Part shown: piece by piece, positions 18,683 to 28,699 of the stretch
How positions within the stretch are numbered: position 1 is the stretch's first letter
Layout: every line of letters begins with the position of its first letter
Origin: an uncultured Chloroflexia bacterium
GTDB taxonomy: Bacteria; Chloroflexota; Chloroflexia; QHBQ01; JADMIH01
NCBI GenBank assembly: GCA_963837315.1
Contig: CAWINE010000013.1
Location: 75,780-139,779, forward strand
DNA length: 64,000 nucleotides
Reading direction: 5' to 3'
The notes under the pieces: model-generated
What the model saw: the letters and a program-made list of their open reading frames with translations, nothing else
Databases searched by the model: none
Told to the model about the DNA's origin: nothing
Made by a program: the position numbers and the translations under genes

Positions 18683-19264
18683 CTAGCCCAATATATCCGC
18701 GACGGCCATGGATGCGCCAAGGTTAGCGGGCAAGATCAGCAACTCGCCTCGCACTGCTTTTGTAACGTTAGTGTAGCGTATGCCCACTGGCTGCCGGTAT
18801 ATCTCGATTATCTGCTCCGGCAAGTTGACTATCCACACCTCATCAATGCCAGCTTCGGCGTAGATTGGGACTTTGCCGATCCGGTCCGAGACGAGCGAGG
18901 TATCGGCCACCTCAATGGCGAGGAGTACATCCTGGGGTGTCGGGCGGCTCTGCGTATAGAAATCGTCGCGCCAGGTCAGGAGAGCCACATCCGGCTCAGG
19001 TAGAGAGTTGTTTGGGAGGAGGATAGGGTTTTGCCCCCATATTATTGCTTTCCTGCCTAGCTGCTCGCGCAGTAGAAACTCAATGCGGGCCACGCAACCT
19101 GAATGTTGAAGTCCGATTGGAGCCATCTCGACTATCTCCCCCCGCAACAATTCGAGCCTATCATCCTCTTTGAGGATGCCGGCCTCGATCATCTGCTCGT
19201 ACTCTTCAACGGTGAACATCTTATGGGGCATCGGAAACGGGAGCGCCATCTTTATATCACCCAC
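18683..19264 (-). CDS. Uma2-family (DUF820) putative endonuclease
   Basis: 193-aa ORF containing FTVEEYEQMIEAGILKEDDRLELLRGEIVEMAP, PDVALL and LLAIEVADTSLVSDRIGKVPIYAEAGIDEVWIVNL. Confidence 0.8.
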   Translation of the reverse strand: MGDIKMALPFPMPHKMFTVEEYEQMIEAGILKEDDRLELLRGEIVEMAPIGLQHSGCVARIEFLLREQLGRKAIIWGQNPILLPNNSLPEPDVALLTWRDDFYTQSRPTPQDVLLAIEVADTSLVSDRIGKVPIYAEAGIDEVWIVNLPEQIIEIYRQPVGIRYTNVTKAVRGELLILPANLGASMAVADILG

Positions 19265-19398
19265 CTTTCAATGGAGCATGACCAATCATAAAGAGCGATC
19301 TCATCAATTAATGATAGCACTCTCACATGCAGGTGCACAACTGACCGTGCGAACCAAACAAGGGCAGATGCAAAGTTGGTGGCTCGAGCGTCCTCTTT

Positions 19399-19435
19399 CC
19401 CTTGTCATTCCTCACTTCGTTCGGAATGACAAAGG
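19399..19435. repeat. GTCATTCC..GGAATGAC hairpin (short copy of the 41685-41900 family)
   Basis: The sequence is cccttgtcattcc tcacttcgtt cggaatgacaaagg, a perfect 12-13 bp stem. Confidence 0.7.
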
Positions 19436-19627
19436 CTGCTTGGGTGCACTTTCCCAAACCGACTCTCAACTTTGCATCCACGCTGCATAAGGGGCACGTG
19501 TATGTTTCGGCTTGTTTCGGTTCAGTCTTGCGGGTCAAGGATTATCGAAGGTCCAGGTCTGAGATACCATGTCGAAATGCCCTGTTTGGCCGTCTTTGGT
19601 CTTGAAATTCAGGACCTAAGCCGCGCC

Positions 19628-19661
19628 CACGCTTTACGTTTCACGTTTTACGCTTTACGCC
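19628..19661. repeat. ACGTTT-type tandem block
   Basis: The sequence is cacgctttacgtttcacgttttacgctttacgcc. It overlaps the last codons and the stop of the P450 gene. Confidence 0.7.
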
Positions 19662-21087
19662 TCACCGCCCCCACAACATTCCCTGTCACAGGCGCGGGCG
19701 AACGCTCTACGAGGCCGTCCTGGGGGTAGGGGCGCATGTTGATGTGGTCTTTGGGCTGGGTAGTGGTGCGGACGGTGGACTCGATGTACTGGCCGGGGAT
19801 GAGGTCGAGGCGGAAGCGTTGCAGGACCATCGCGATCACGGTCTTGATCTCCATTGTAGCGAAAGGGGCGCCTATGCATGAGCGCGGCCCTGCGGCGAAC
19901 GGTATGTAGGCGTAGTTTGGGATAGGGTCGCCATGCACGGGGTCGAAGCGCTCGGGCCGGAATATTCCCGGCTCGCGGAACTGCTGCGGCATGCGATGGC
20001 TCACGTAGGGCGAATAGATCACCACCTCGCCTTTTTCGATGGTGTAGCCATGCCACTCGAAGGTCTCTTTGGCCACGCGGTTGGCGCTCGGCGCGGGCGG
20101 GTACAGGCGCAGCACCTCCTTCGTGACCTGCTCCAGATAAGGCAGCCGCTCCAGGTCGGCGGGCATCGGCGGCTCGCCTTTAAGCTCGCGGTCCAGTTCT
20201 TCCAGCAGCTTAGCGGTAACCGCAGGGTGCTGCGCGAGGAGATAGAAGGCCCAGGCCAGGCCGTTCGCGCTCGTCTCGTGTCCCGCCACGAAGAGAGTAA
20301 GGAGATGGTCGCGGATCTGTTCGACGGTGAGACGCCCGCCTTCTTCGTCGTGGGCTGCCACCAGCATTGATACGACATCTCCCGTATCGTCGTGCTCTCG
20401 CTCATGCCGCTCGATGATCTTGCTGAGGATGGTGTCGATGCGAGCGAGACTCCGGCGCAAAGTGCGGCCCTTTCCGACGCCTAAAACGTCGAAGGGGAGC
20501 TGCGCCAGACCGATATGGAATGGGTCGCTGATCGCCGATACTACAGTGGCGACCGCCGGGCCGAGGTCGCTGGCCGAATTCGCCAGGTCCATGCTGAACA
20601 GGGTGCGCCCGGCGATTATGAGGGCCAGCCGGTGCATCTCGCGCACAATATCCAGCTCGACACCGGGTTTCCAGCGGTCCAGCACCTGCGTGGTAGCCTC
20701 ACGCATCACGAGCTGGTAATCCTCGATGCGCTTCCGGTGAAAGGCCGGCATTATCAGGCGGCGCTCTCGCTTGTGCTTGGGGTCGTCTATGAAAAGTAGG
20801 CCATTCCCCACGATCCAGCGAGCGTGCACGCGGTCGATCAGCGGAGCGATAAGGAAGTTGTCTACCCCATCCACCAGGATGTAGCGGTTGGCCTCCGCTC
20901 CGTGCAATACCGCGCCCGTCAATCCGAACAGGTCAATACGCACCACATCGCCGTAACGGTGGAAATTATTGAGCGAGAAATCGAGCGAATTGACCCAGAG
21001 CGACTGCACCACGCCCAAAACCGGCAATGCCGGCGGACCAGGCGGCACACGCTTCCGCGCCCGTGCCTTACTTTGTGCGACTGTCAT
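19648..21087 (-). CDS. cytochrome P450
   Basis: ORF 19648..21303(-). The likely start is ATG 21087 (MTVAQSKARARKRVPPGPPALP), and the upstream 72 codons translate repeat copy C. The heme-binding loop is FAAGPRSCIGAPFA, and the ExxR motif (EVLRLYPP) and AGHETS I-helix motif are present. Confidence 0.9.
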   Translation of the reverse strand: MTVAQSKARARKRVPPGPPALPVLGVVQSLWVNSLDFSLNNFHRYGDVVRIDLFGLTGAVLHGAEANRYILVDGVDNFLIAPLIDRVHARWIVGNGLLFIDDPKHKRERRLIMPAFHRKRIEDYQLVMREATTQVLDRWKPGVELDIVREMHRLALIIAGRTLFSMDLANSASDLGPAVATVVSAISDPFHIGLAQLPFDVLGVGKGRTLRRSLARIDTILSKIIERHEREHDDTGDVVSMLVAAHDEEGGRLTVEQIRDHLLTLFVAGHETSANGLAWAFYLLAQHPAVTAKLLEELDRELKGEPPMPADLERLPYLEQVTKEVLRLYPPAPSANRVAKETFEWHGYTIEKGEVVIYSPYVSHRMPQQFREPGIFRPERFDPVHGDPIPNYAYIPFAAGPRSCIGAPFATMEIKTVIAMVLQRFRLDLIPGQYIESTVRTTTQPKDHINMRPYPQDGLVERSPAPVTGNVVGAVRRKA

Positions 21088-21182
21088 CTTTGATACCTTT
21101 CGATGTTGCTTCCAGATTAATAATAACCCATTCTGCGGTCCATACCCAGCGTGATGACACAACTGATAGCAGGCCACTCCTT

Positions 21183-21452
21183 TCTTCAACGCCAAGACGC
21201 CAAGACGCCAAGGTTCTACGGTTTGAACCACAAAGACACCAAGAGCACCAAGGTTTTTATGGGTTTGAATCACGAAGAGCACGAAGGACACGAAGATCAC
21301 CAAGGTTTTTATGGGCGTGAATCGCAGAAACGGCGGAGTACACAGAGATCGCAGAGGATTGTTATACGCGTAAACAATAAAAACCTTGGCGACCTTGGCG
21401 GATCTTGGCGTCTTGGCGGTTCCGTCTTACGTTTTACGTTTTACGTTTTACC
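21183..21452. repeat. composite palindromic repeat element (copy C)
   Basis: Left arm caacgccaagacgccaagacgccaagg (21187-21213) faces right arm ccttggcgaccttggcggatcttggcgtcttggcggt (21384-21420). The core modules align almost base for base with copy D (40197-40370). An (ACGTTTT)n block lies at 21421-21452. Confidence 0.9.
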
Positions 21453-21488
21453 GGCCCCCGACCTCCGGCCCTCCTTCGCCCTTTAAGG

Positions 21489-21494
21489 TATAAT
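21489..21494 (+). promoter_or_regulatory. -10 box TATAAT placing the TSS 2-4 nt before the mtaB ATG (near-leaderless)
   Basis: The context is aaggTATAATttccctgactATG, with no Shine-Dalgarno sequence between the box and the ATG at 21505. Confidence 0.4.
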
Positions 21495-21504
21495 TTCCCT
21501 GACT

Positions 21505-22953
21505 ATGGCGGAACTACTCTTCCTGGATAAGAAGCCGGTTGTCCGGCAGCAAGACGACGGCAATCCGCGGGTGGCTTTCGTGACGCTGGGGTGCAAGGTG
21601 AACCAGAGCGATACGCAGAAGGCTATCGCGGATTTCCGCGCGGCGGGCTTCCGCATCGTGCCGCCTGGCGCACCTGCCGACGTATATATCGTCAATACAT
21701 GCTCGGTCACGCACGTGGCAGATCGCAAGAGCCGGCAGTGGCTCCGCCGAGGGGCGCGTGCTAATCCTGATGCGCTGGTGGTCGCCACCGGCTGCTACGC
21801 CGAATCGGGCCGCGACACCCTCCAGGAGATGGACGAGGTAGGGCTGGTAATCGGCTATCAAGAGAAGGACGACCTGCTCAAGCTGGTACTTGAACGAATG
21901 CGGAATGCGGAATGCGGATTGCGGAATGTTGACGACCGACCACCGGCAGTCGATGACCTAGGTGAACCATTCCGCAATCCGCAATCCGCATTCCGCATTC
22001 CGAGCGACGAGGATACGGACTTCCGGCAGCGCACGCGGGCGATGGTGAAGATCGAGGATGGGTGCAACGACTTCTGCACTTTCTGCATCATCCCGTTCAC
22101 ACGAGGGATGCCGCGCTCGACGCCTACCAATCGGGCTGTCGAAATGGTGAACGAAAGGCTTTCGGAGGGCTTCAAAGAGATCGTGCTCACGGGTGTGCAT
22201 ATGGGCAAGTATGGGCAGGACCACGCGCAGCGCAAGCGCGCCGCCGGTGACCCCACCGAAGCGCCCGATCTTCCCGGCGTGGTGCGCGCTATCCTCGACC
22301 GGACAGATGTGCCGCGCCTGCGTATCACGTCGGTCGAGCCGACCGATGCGGTCATGATGCTGCCTCTCCTCACCGATCCAGCCTACATGGGCAGGCTAGC
22401 TCCGCACCTTCATTTGCCATTGCAAAGCGGCTGCGATGCCACTCTGGCGCGTATGAAGCGCGATTACGACGCAGCGGAGTTCGCGGATGTCGTGAGGCAG
22501 TGTCGCGCAGCAGTGCCGGGCATCGCCATCACCACTGACCTCATAACGGGCTTCCCAGGCGAAACGGACGAGGAGTGGGCGCAAACCGTCAGCTTCGCCA
22601 GGAGCATGGAGTTCGCCAGGATCCACGTCTTCCCATACTCACAGCGACCCAACACTCCCGCCGCCACTATGCAAGGCCAGGTCCACCCCGACGTGCGCCA
22701 CGCCCGCACTCTGCAAATGATGGAGATCAGCCAGGGAGCCGAAGCGGCCTACGCCGTGCAGCAGTTGGGTCGCACACTGCCTATCCTCTGGGAAAACCAG
22801 GCGGGCGGAATATGGAGCGGCCTCACGGATAACTACCTGCGCGTCCATACAAAGTCGCAGCGCGACCTGATGAACGAAATCACCCCTGCTGCTGTTACGT
22901 CATACGATGCGCTTGGGCTGTGGGCCGAGCCATTGGACAAGGCTAGTTGCTAG
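21505..22953 (+). CDS. mtaB: tRNA methylthiotransferase MtaB (radical SAM MTTase) carrying an in-frame repeat insertion
   Basis: 482-aa ORF. The N-terminal MTTase domain is VAFVTLGCKVNQSDTQ...NTCSVT, the radical SAM motif is IEDGCNDFCTFCIIP, and a C-terminal TRAM-like region is present. The linker contains the repeat-encoded RMRNAECGLRN...FRNPQSAFRIP. Confidence 0.85.
   Translation: MAELLFLDKKPVVRQQDDGNPRVAFVTLGCKVNQSDTQKAIADFRAAGFRIVPPGAPADVYIVNTCSVTHVADRKSRQWLRRGARANPDALVVATGCYAESGRDTLQEMDEVGLVIGYQEKDDLLKLVLERMRNAECGLRNVDDRPPAVDDLGEPFRNPQSAFRIPSDEDTDFRQRTRAMVKIEDGCNDFCTFCIIPFTRGMPRSTPTNRAVEMVNERLSEGFKEIVLTGVHMGKYGQDHAQRKRAAGDPTEAPDLPGVVRAILDRTDVPRLRITSVEPTDAVMMLPLLTDPAYMGRLAPHLHLPLQSGCDATLARMKRDYDAAEFADVVRQCRAAVPGIAITTDLITGFPGETDEEWAQTVSFARSMEFARIHVFPYSQRPNTPAATMQGQVHPDVRHARTLQMMEISQGAEAAYAVQQLGRTLPILWENQAGGIWSGLTDNYLRVHTKSQRDLMNEITPAAVTSYDALGLWAEPLDKASC
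21896..22002. repeat. GCGGAWT-type hairpin element inside mtaB
   Basis: Left arm gaatgcggaatgcggaatgcggattgcggaatg (21896-21928) and right arm cattccgcaatccgcaatccgcattccgcattccg (21968-22002) are separated by a 39-nt loop. The arms are near-perfect reverse complements. Confidence 0.9.
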
Positions 22954-25827
22954 AAGGCTCCGGTTCCTTCAGCGCATACTCGATAGCCCGGTTCATATCC
23001 ATAGCTTCCCCCTCAGCCCATGCCTGCTGCCAGCTTTGCTCGTCTAGCTCGGCCCGAGCAATGGAGAGATTGCGCTCGTAATCAGCCATCTCTGCGGCCC
23101 ACATTGTCGCACCCATAGCTTTGCGGAGTGCGGAGGACGCGGCGAACAGCTGTGCAGCGCGGACCGGGCGGCGCAATTTCCCTGCTACGGCGGCTAGCCC
23201 CGCGAGGCATTCCGCTACGCCGTGCTTGTTGCCAAGCTCTCTGTGCAAGAGCAGACTCTCCGTGAAGAACGCCATGGCCCGGCTGACATCACCCGTGGCC
23301 AGCGCCACGTGACCAAGGTTGTGCAGCGACGCCGGGATGTCTCTCTTGACACCCATCTGCCGGAAAAGCTGCAGGCTCTCCTCATAGAATCGTTCCGCCT
23401 GCCCGTAGTCGTCCTGCATACGGACCATGTCACCCATGATGTTCAGAGCCTGCGCTATGCCCCACCGGTCCCCGATCCTCCTGAATATCTCCAGCGCTTC
23501 CTGCAGGGTTGCACGTGCAAGCTCGTATTGCCTCTCGCTGTTGAGCACCATGCCAAATCGCAACATTGCGCTAGCTCGGCCCCACTCGTCGTTCCCGAGT
23601 TTGCTGAAGAGTGCGATACTTTCCTCTACCGTCGCGTGGGCGGCCGCTGCTTCACCCCGCATTAGCTGCAATACCGCCAGCAACACACGTGCCCATGCCA
23701 GGTTCTGCTCGTCGCCTATTTGCAGCGATATTCTCTCGCTTTCCCCAGCGTAGGTAGCCATGCAAGACAGGTCGCCCTGGCTGCGGCATATTCTGGCCAC
23801 CCCATGCAGCGCCCTGGCGTACTCTCCGGTTTGGTTTCCCTTTACTGCGGACAGGTGGCACGCCTCCTCCAGCCATTTGCGCCCCTCCGTGAGGTAACCG
23901 TGTACCCACCAGAAGTACGATAGAGACCCCGCAAGTCTGAGGGCTGTTTGCACAGCTTCGTTCTGAAGCAACCAATCGAGCGCCGCCCGCAAGTTGTCGT
24001 GCTCCAATTCCAGCCTGTCAAGCCACTCAAGCTGCCCCGACCGGTACAGCTGGGGTGCGGCCTCTTCCGCGAGCGCCAGAAAGAATGCAGCGTGGCTTTG
24101 CGAGACGGCCGCGACCTCTCCGCTCTCAGACAGTCGCTCCGACGCGTACTCGCGGATGGTCTCCAGCATATAGAAGCGCGGCTCTCCATCTTCCTGCTCC
24201 TCCTGTCGAAGCAGGCTTTTGTCGAGCAGTGACTCCAGCCTGCCGAGCACATCTACGGAATCTTGAATTCTTAATTTTGAATTCTGAATTGAACTCTTTG
24301 TTTGGCGTTAATTCCGGATTCCGAATTCAACATTTCGACATTGCACACGGCCTCCGCGGCCTGGAGTGTGCACCCTCCCACAGCCACGGAAAGTCGGCGA
24401 AAGAGCGTCTGCTCCTCCTGGTCGAGCAGGTTGTAGCTCCAGTCTATCGCTCCGCGCAGCGTCTGCTGGCGAGAGGGGAGGTCGCGCTCGCCCCCTACGA
24501 GCAGGCTCAGGCGGTGCTGCAAGCGCGCCAGCATCGCCCTTGGAGGCAGCAGCTTTATGCGCGCAGCGGCCAGCTCGATGGCCAGCGGAAGCCCATCAAG
24601 GCGGGCGCAAATCTCGGCCACGGCGGGCGCATTATCGTTGTTGACTTCAAAGTCAGGCTTGACGGCGACCGCGCGCTCAATAAAGAGCCGTACCGCCTCG
24701 TATTGGGCCATCCCCTCGGGCGTGGGCAGCTCTCCCGGGCCCGGCAGGGAAAGAGGCGGGATCGGAAACTCGCGCTCGCCTCGAACGTGCAGCCTGGCCC
24801 GGCTGGTGACCAGCACCTTCAGACCGGGGGCTGCTTTCACAAGTCCGCTCACCACCGGCCCTGCGCCCAGAACCTGCTCAAAGTTGTCCAGCACGAGCAA
24901 CATCTGCTTGTCGCGTAGGTAGTCTTCGAGAGTTTCGAGAAGGGGCCGCCCACCCCCTTCGCGCACCTCGAAGGTGCGAGCAATCGTGGACGCCACCAGG
25001 CCGGCGTCGTTCACCGGCTCAAGAGGTACAAAGAATGCTCCATCCGCGAAATGTTCGAGAAGGTCTGCGGCTACCTGCAGTGACAGCCGGGTCTTGCCCA
25101 TTCCACCGGGGCCGGTGAGGGTCAGTATGCCCACGTCGTCCCGCATGAGCGCGTTGCTGATATCATCGAGCAGTTTCCCGCGGCCCACGAGAGCGCTCCT
25201 CTGCAAGGGCAGATTATTAGGACGTACATCGAGCGTTTTGAGAGGCGGGAAATCGGTGGGGAGGCCCGGCGGCTCAAGCTGGAAGATCCGCTCGGGCTTG
25301 ACGAGGTCTTTGAGCCGGTGCTCGCCCAGGTCCTTTACCGAAACGCCCGGCGGCAGACTGTCGCTTACCAGCGCATACGTGACCTGCGAGAGGAGGGTCT
25401 GGCCGCCGTGGGCGGCGCTGCGCAAACGGGCGCAACGGTTGACCGCGCTGCCGTAGTAGTCGCCCTCACGAAGGTCGGCCTCTCCTGTGTGCAGCGCCAT
25501 GCGCACCTTCAGGGTCGCCGGCGGGGGCCATGGCTCGTTATACATGGCAGCTTGCAGCTCGGCTGCCGCAGCCGCGGCTTCCGTAGCCCGCGCAAACACC
25601 GCGAAGCGACTGTCCCCCTCACCTCGCGGACGTACTAAGCTGCCGCCATGCCGCTCCACAATCTCTTCGATCAGGAAGTCGTGCCGGGCAAGCGCTTCCC
25701 GGGCTACGTCGGGGTGCTTCTCCCAGAGCCTGGTGCTACCCTCTATATCTGTGAACAGAAACGTGACAGTGCCGGTCGGTAGGTTTTGCATAGAAAGCCA
25801 CTCTTCGCTCTGATAGCAGCGCCTCAT
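22943..25827 (-). pseudogene. adenylate/guanylate cyclase - AAA/NB-ARC-like ATPase - TPR signalling protein, interrupted at a repeat element
   Basis: ORF 24271..25827(-) has the cyclase domain (TVTFLFTDIEGSTRLWE, FARATEAAAAA) and a P-loop (LTGPGGMGKTRL). ORF 22943..24250(-) has the winged-helix junction (LESLLDKSLLRQEE) and TPR repeats. The two halves are in different frames and are separated by the element at 24253-24337. The likely start is ATG 25791. Confidence 0.75.
24253..24337. repeat. AT-rich degenerate GGAATTC-type hairpin element
   Basis: ggaatcttgaattcttaattttgaattctgaattgaac ... gttaattccggattccgaattcaac forms imperfect inverted arms. The element carries the TAA that ends the upstream half of the gene. 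Confidence 0.7.
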
Positions 25828-26280
25828 TAGGACTGCGCAGGAGTGGATATATTATATCAGGTTGTTTTGCAGGAAAGCAGGAAGGCTGGAGATAGGGAAA
25901 GCGCTGTTGTGCGCTCCACTAATGCCGGTAGCGAGGATAGTGGGCTTTTCGATAGGTACCGGTTGTCTAAAATAGAGGCAATTGGTTGATTCGAAGCTCT
26001 CTCTTTGGACAAGCTCCCGAATCGGCCATGCTCACTTAAAGAGCTTGAACCGGGGCTCCGCTGGCGTGCGCTCGGCTCCGCTTGCTGACAATCCTGGACG
26101 GTTGATGCCACTCTAACCTATCCATTCTGTCATTGCAACGGAGCCATCCCGTGGACTGTACTCTTAAGCTAATGCGTGTTCATGAAAGATATTGAGGAAT
26201 AGGAAGTTTCGGGGACACCCCCGGCCCCGGCAGGGGAACTCCCCTGCATCCCCTTTGCACAAGACCTCTCCTAACCTGCA

Positions 26281-28693
26281 CTAGGGTGTGGCGACTACAG
26301 CCCAGGACGTACCGTTCCAGTGCAAGCCCAGGGTCTGGTCCAGGCCATTGGTAAAGTCGCTGTTCCCGGCAAAGTAGGTGCCGACCGCCCACACATTGCT
26401 CGTTGAAACCGCCGCCACTGCGTTGAGATAGTTTTCGCTGAAGCCCGCGTTGGGGCTGGTAACAACGCTCCACTGCGATCCGTCCCAGTGCTCGGCCAGC
26501 GTCTGGCTCCCGCCTGTGCCGGTGACCGCCTCGGATCCGACGGCCCACACGTCGCTGCTCGAAACCATCGCCACGCCCATGAAGTCGCTGTCTGCCGACG
26601 TGCTGGGACTCGCAACAACGCGCCACTGCGAGCCGTCCCAGTGCTCGGCCAGCGTTTGATTCACGAGGCCGTCGGCAGAGTAGTAGCCTACCGCCCACAC
26701 ATCGTTCGTTGCCTTGGCCGCCACCGAGACGAAAGCGCTGCTCATGCCTACCCCCACACCAAGTATGGTGGTCCATGCAGTGCCGTTCCAGTGCGCCGTC
26801 AGCGGTGATGTCGTGCTTGACGTGCCTGTTGTGCCCACGGCCCACACGTCGGTTGAGGAGATTTCGGTTACTGACAACAATTCTGTATAATGCTGCAGCC
26901 CGATGCTGGCTGCCATGCTCCAGCCGGAGCCGTTCCAGTGAATAATATCCGCGTTTTCGCCGCTCACTGTGTCTGAGTACCCCACAGTCCAGGCGTCGTT
27001 GGCCGCAATTGCGGTCACACTTCTATAGATCGTGTTGGGCCCCGGACTGGGGCTCGCGATGACGCTCCATACGGATCCGTTCCAGTGCATTACAAGCCCG
27101 GTGCCGGCAATATTGTTCCCAACCGCCCACACATCGTTGCTTGCCCTGGCCGCCACCGACTGAAGACTCGCGTTGGGCGCGGGATTCGGTATGACGTTCC
27201 ATACGCTCCCGTTCCAGTGCTCGGTCAGCGCGCTCGTCAGGGCACCATCGGATGTATAGCCGACAGCCCATATGTCGCTGGCCGATAGTGCGCTCACACC
27301 GTAGAGTACGGCGTTGGCCGGACCGGGGCTGGTCACAGGTGTCCAGGCTGTCCCATTCCAGTGCATTGTGAACGTTATGTTTGTGCTGCCATTTAGTGCG
27401 CTACCTACAGCCCATACGTCGGTGGAGGAGATTGAGCGCACGTCATAAAGGATGCTGGAGGTATTCACGAGCGGGTGCGCTCCACACGTTATTGAGCCAG
27501 TGCACTATCATGCTGCGCGTCACCCCCGCGGAGCTGTAGTACCCAACGCCCCATGCTTCCGTGTCTGAGACGGCTGTAATCCCCTCGATCACCGTGTTTG
27601 GGCCTGGGCTGGGTGGCGGGGTGAGAACGAAACCGGTGCCGTTCCATATCAGAGCCAGCGCCTGGGTGCCATTGGCCCCGTTAGTATAGCAGCCGACGAA
27701 GAAGACATGGGTGCTCGATGAAGCGTCAACCTTTGTAAGGGCGTTATTGCTCGTGCCTAGGTTGGGGCTTGCCACGATGCTCCAGACCGTGCCGTCCCAG
27801 TGCAGCACCAATGTCTGGACGATGTGCAGAGAAGTGCTGAAATATGAGCCGGCCGCCCACACGTCGCTACTTGACACGGCCTTGACCGCAGAAAGCTGGC
27901 TTGTCGATGTGCTCGAGTTGGCGCTGGCGACGATGCTCCAGACCGTGCCGTTCCAGTGCATAGTGAGTGTGCGTAGCATGCTGTTGATAGAGACGTATCC
28001 AACCGCCCAGGCGTCGCTACCTGAGATTGCCGAGACGCCGGTAAGAACATTGTCGGCATTGCCGTCGTTTGGACTGAAGACGATGGCCCAGGAGGAGCCG
28101 TTCCAGCGCTCGATGAGCGTTCGGGATACTCCGCCAATAGTGAAGTTACCCACGGCCCAAATGTTATTCGCGGCTATAGCCGACACGGCGCTGAGCCTGT
28201 TCGCAGAACCTGCATTGGGGCTTGGGATTATGCTCCAGGTGGAACCGTTCCAGTGCTCTACCAGGGTGTCTTCCTGGGAAGTACTGCCGCTCAGGTCGAA
28301 ATAGCCTACAGCCCATACGTTATTTGTGGCGATGGTGGCCGCCGCAAGTAAAAAGCTGTTGTTGGCGGTAGCGTTGAGGCTGGCCGGAGGCTCGCCAGGA
28401 AGGCCGGGCGGCTTGATCCCCTTGATCTCCAAGGCGGTTACGTCCGACACGTCCGTGACATTCATCGGTGCACTCTGACCACCTTGTGCTACAGCCCCGA
28501 AGTTTGTGCCGGCTATATTTACCTGTGCTGTGTTATCTGCCGAGGGAAACGTGGCAAAATTAAATAGGACGATTAGCCCGAGCGCCGCACCCAATATCGC
28601 AGCAGACGACATGACGATCCGATTCCTACCAAATAACCGGTTCTTAGTATCCATTGCCTTGCACCTCGTTTGGTACGTCCCCTGAAGGGACAA
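26281..28693 (-). CDS. membrane-anchored protein with 14 tandem HWNG..W / VWAVG repeats (predicted beta-propeller), one frameshift
   Basis: ORFs 27443..28693(-) and 26281..27468(-) are in different frames. The repeat pattern (HWNGxxWSxV.SP......L..V.A.S..DVWAVG) runs straight across the junction near 27462-27475. The N-terminus is MDTKNRLFGRNRIVMSSAAILGAALGLIVLF (TM or signal anchor), with a likely start at 28654. Confidence 0.65.
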
Positions 28694-28699
28694 GATATG

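Noticed and set aside
26180-26845. 221-aa and other alternative-frame ORFs inside the VWAVG-repeat gene (26295..26618, 27023..27271, 27757..28137)
   Set aside because: They are out-of-frame readings of the repeat gene, are Arg/Gly-rich, and lack the periodic repeat signature.
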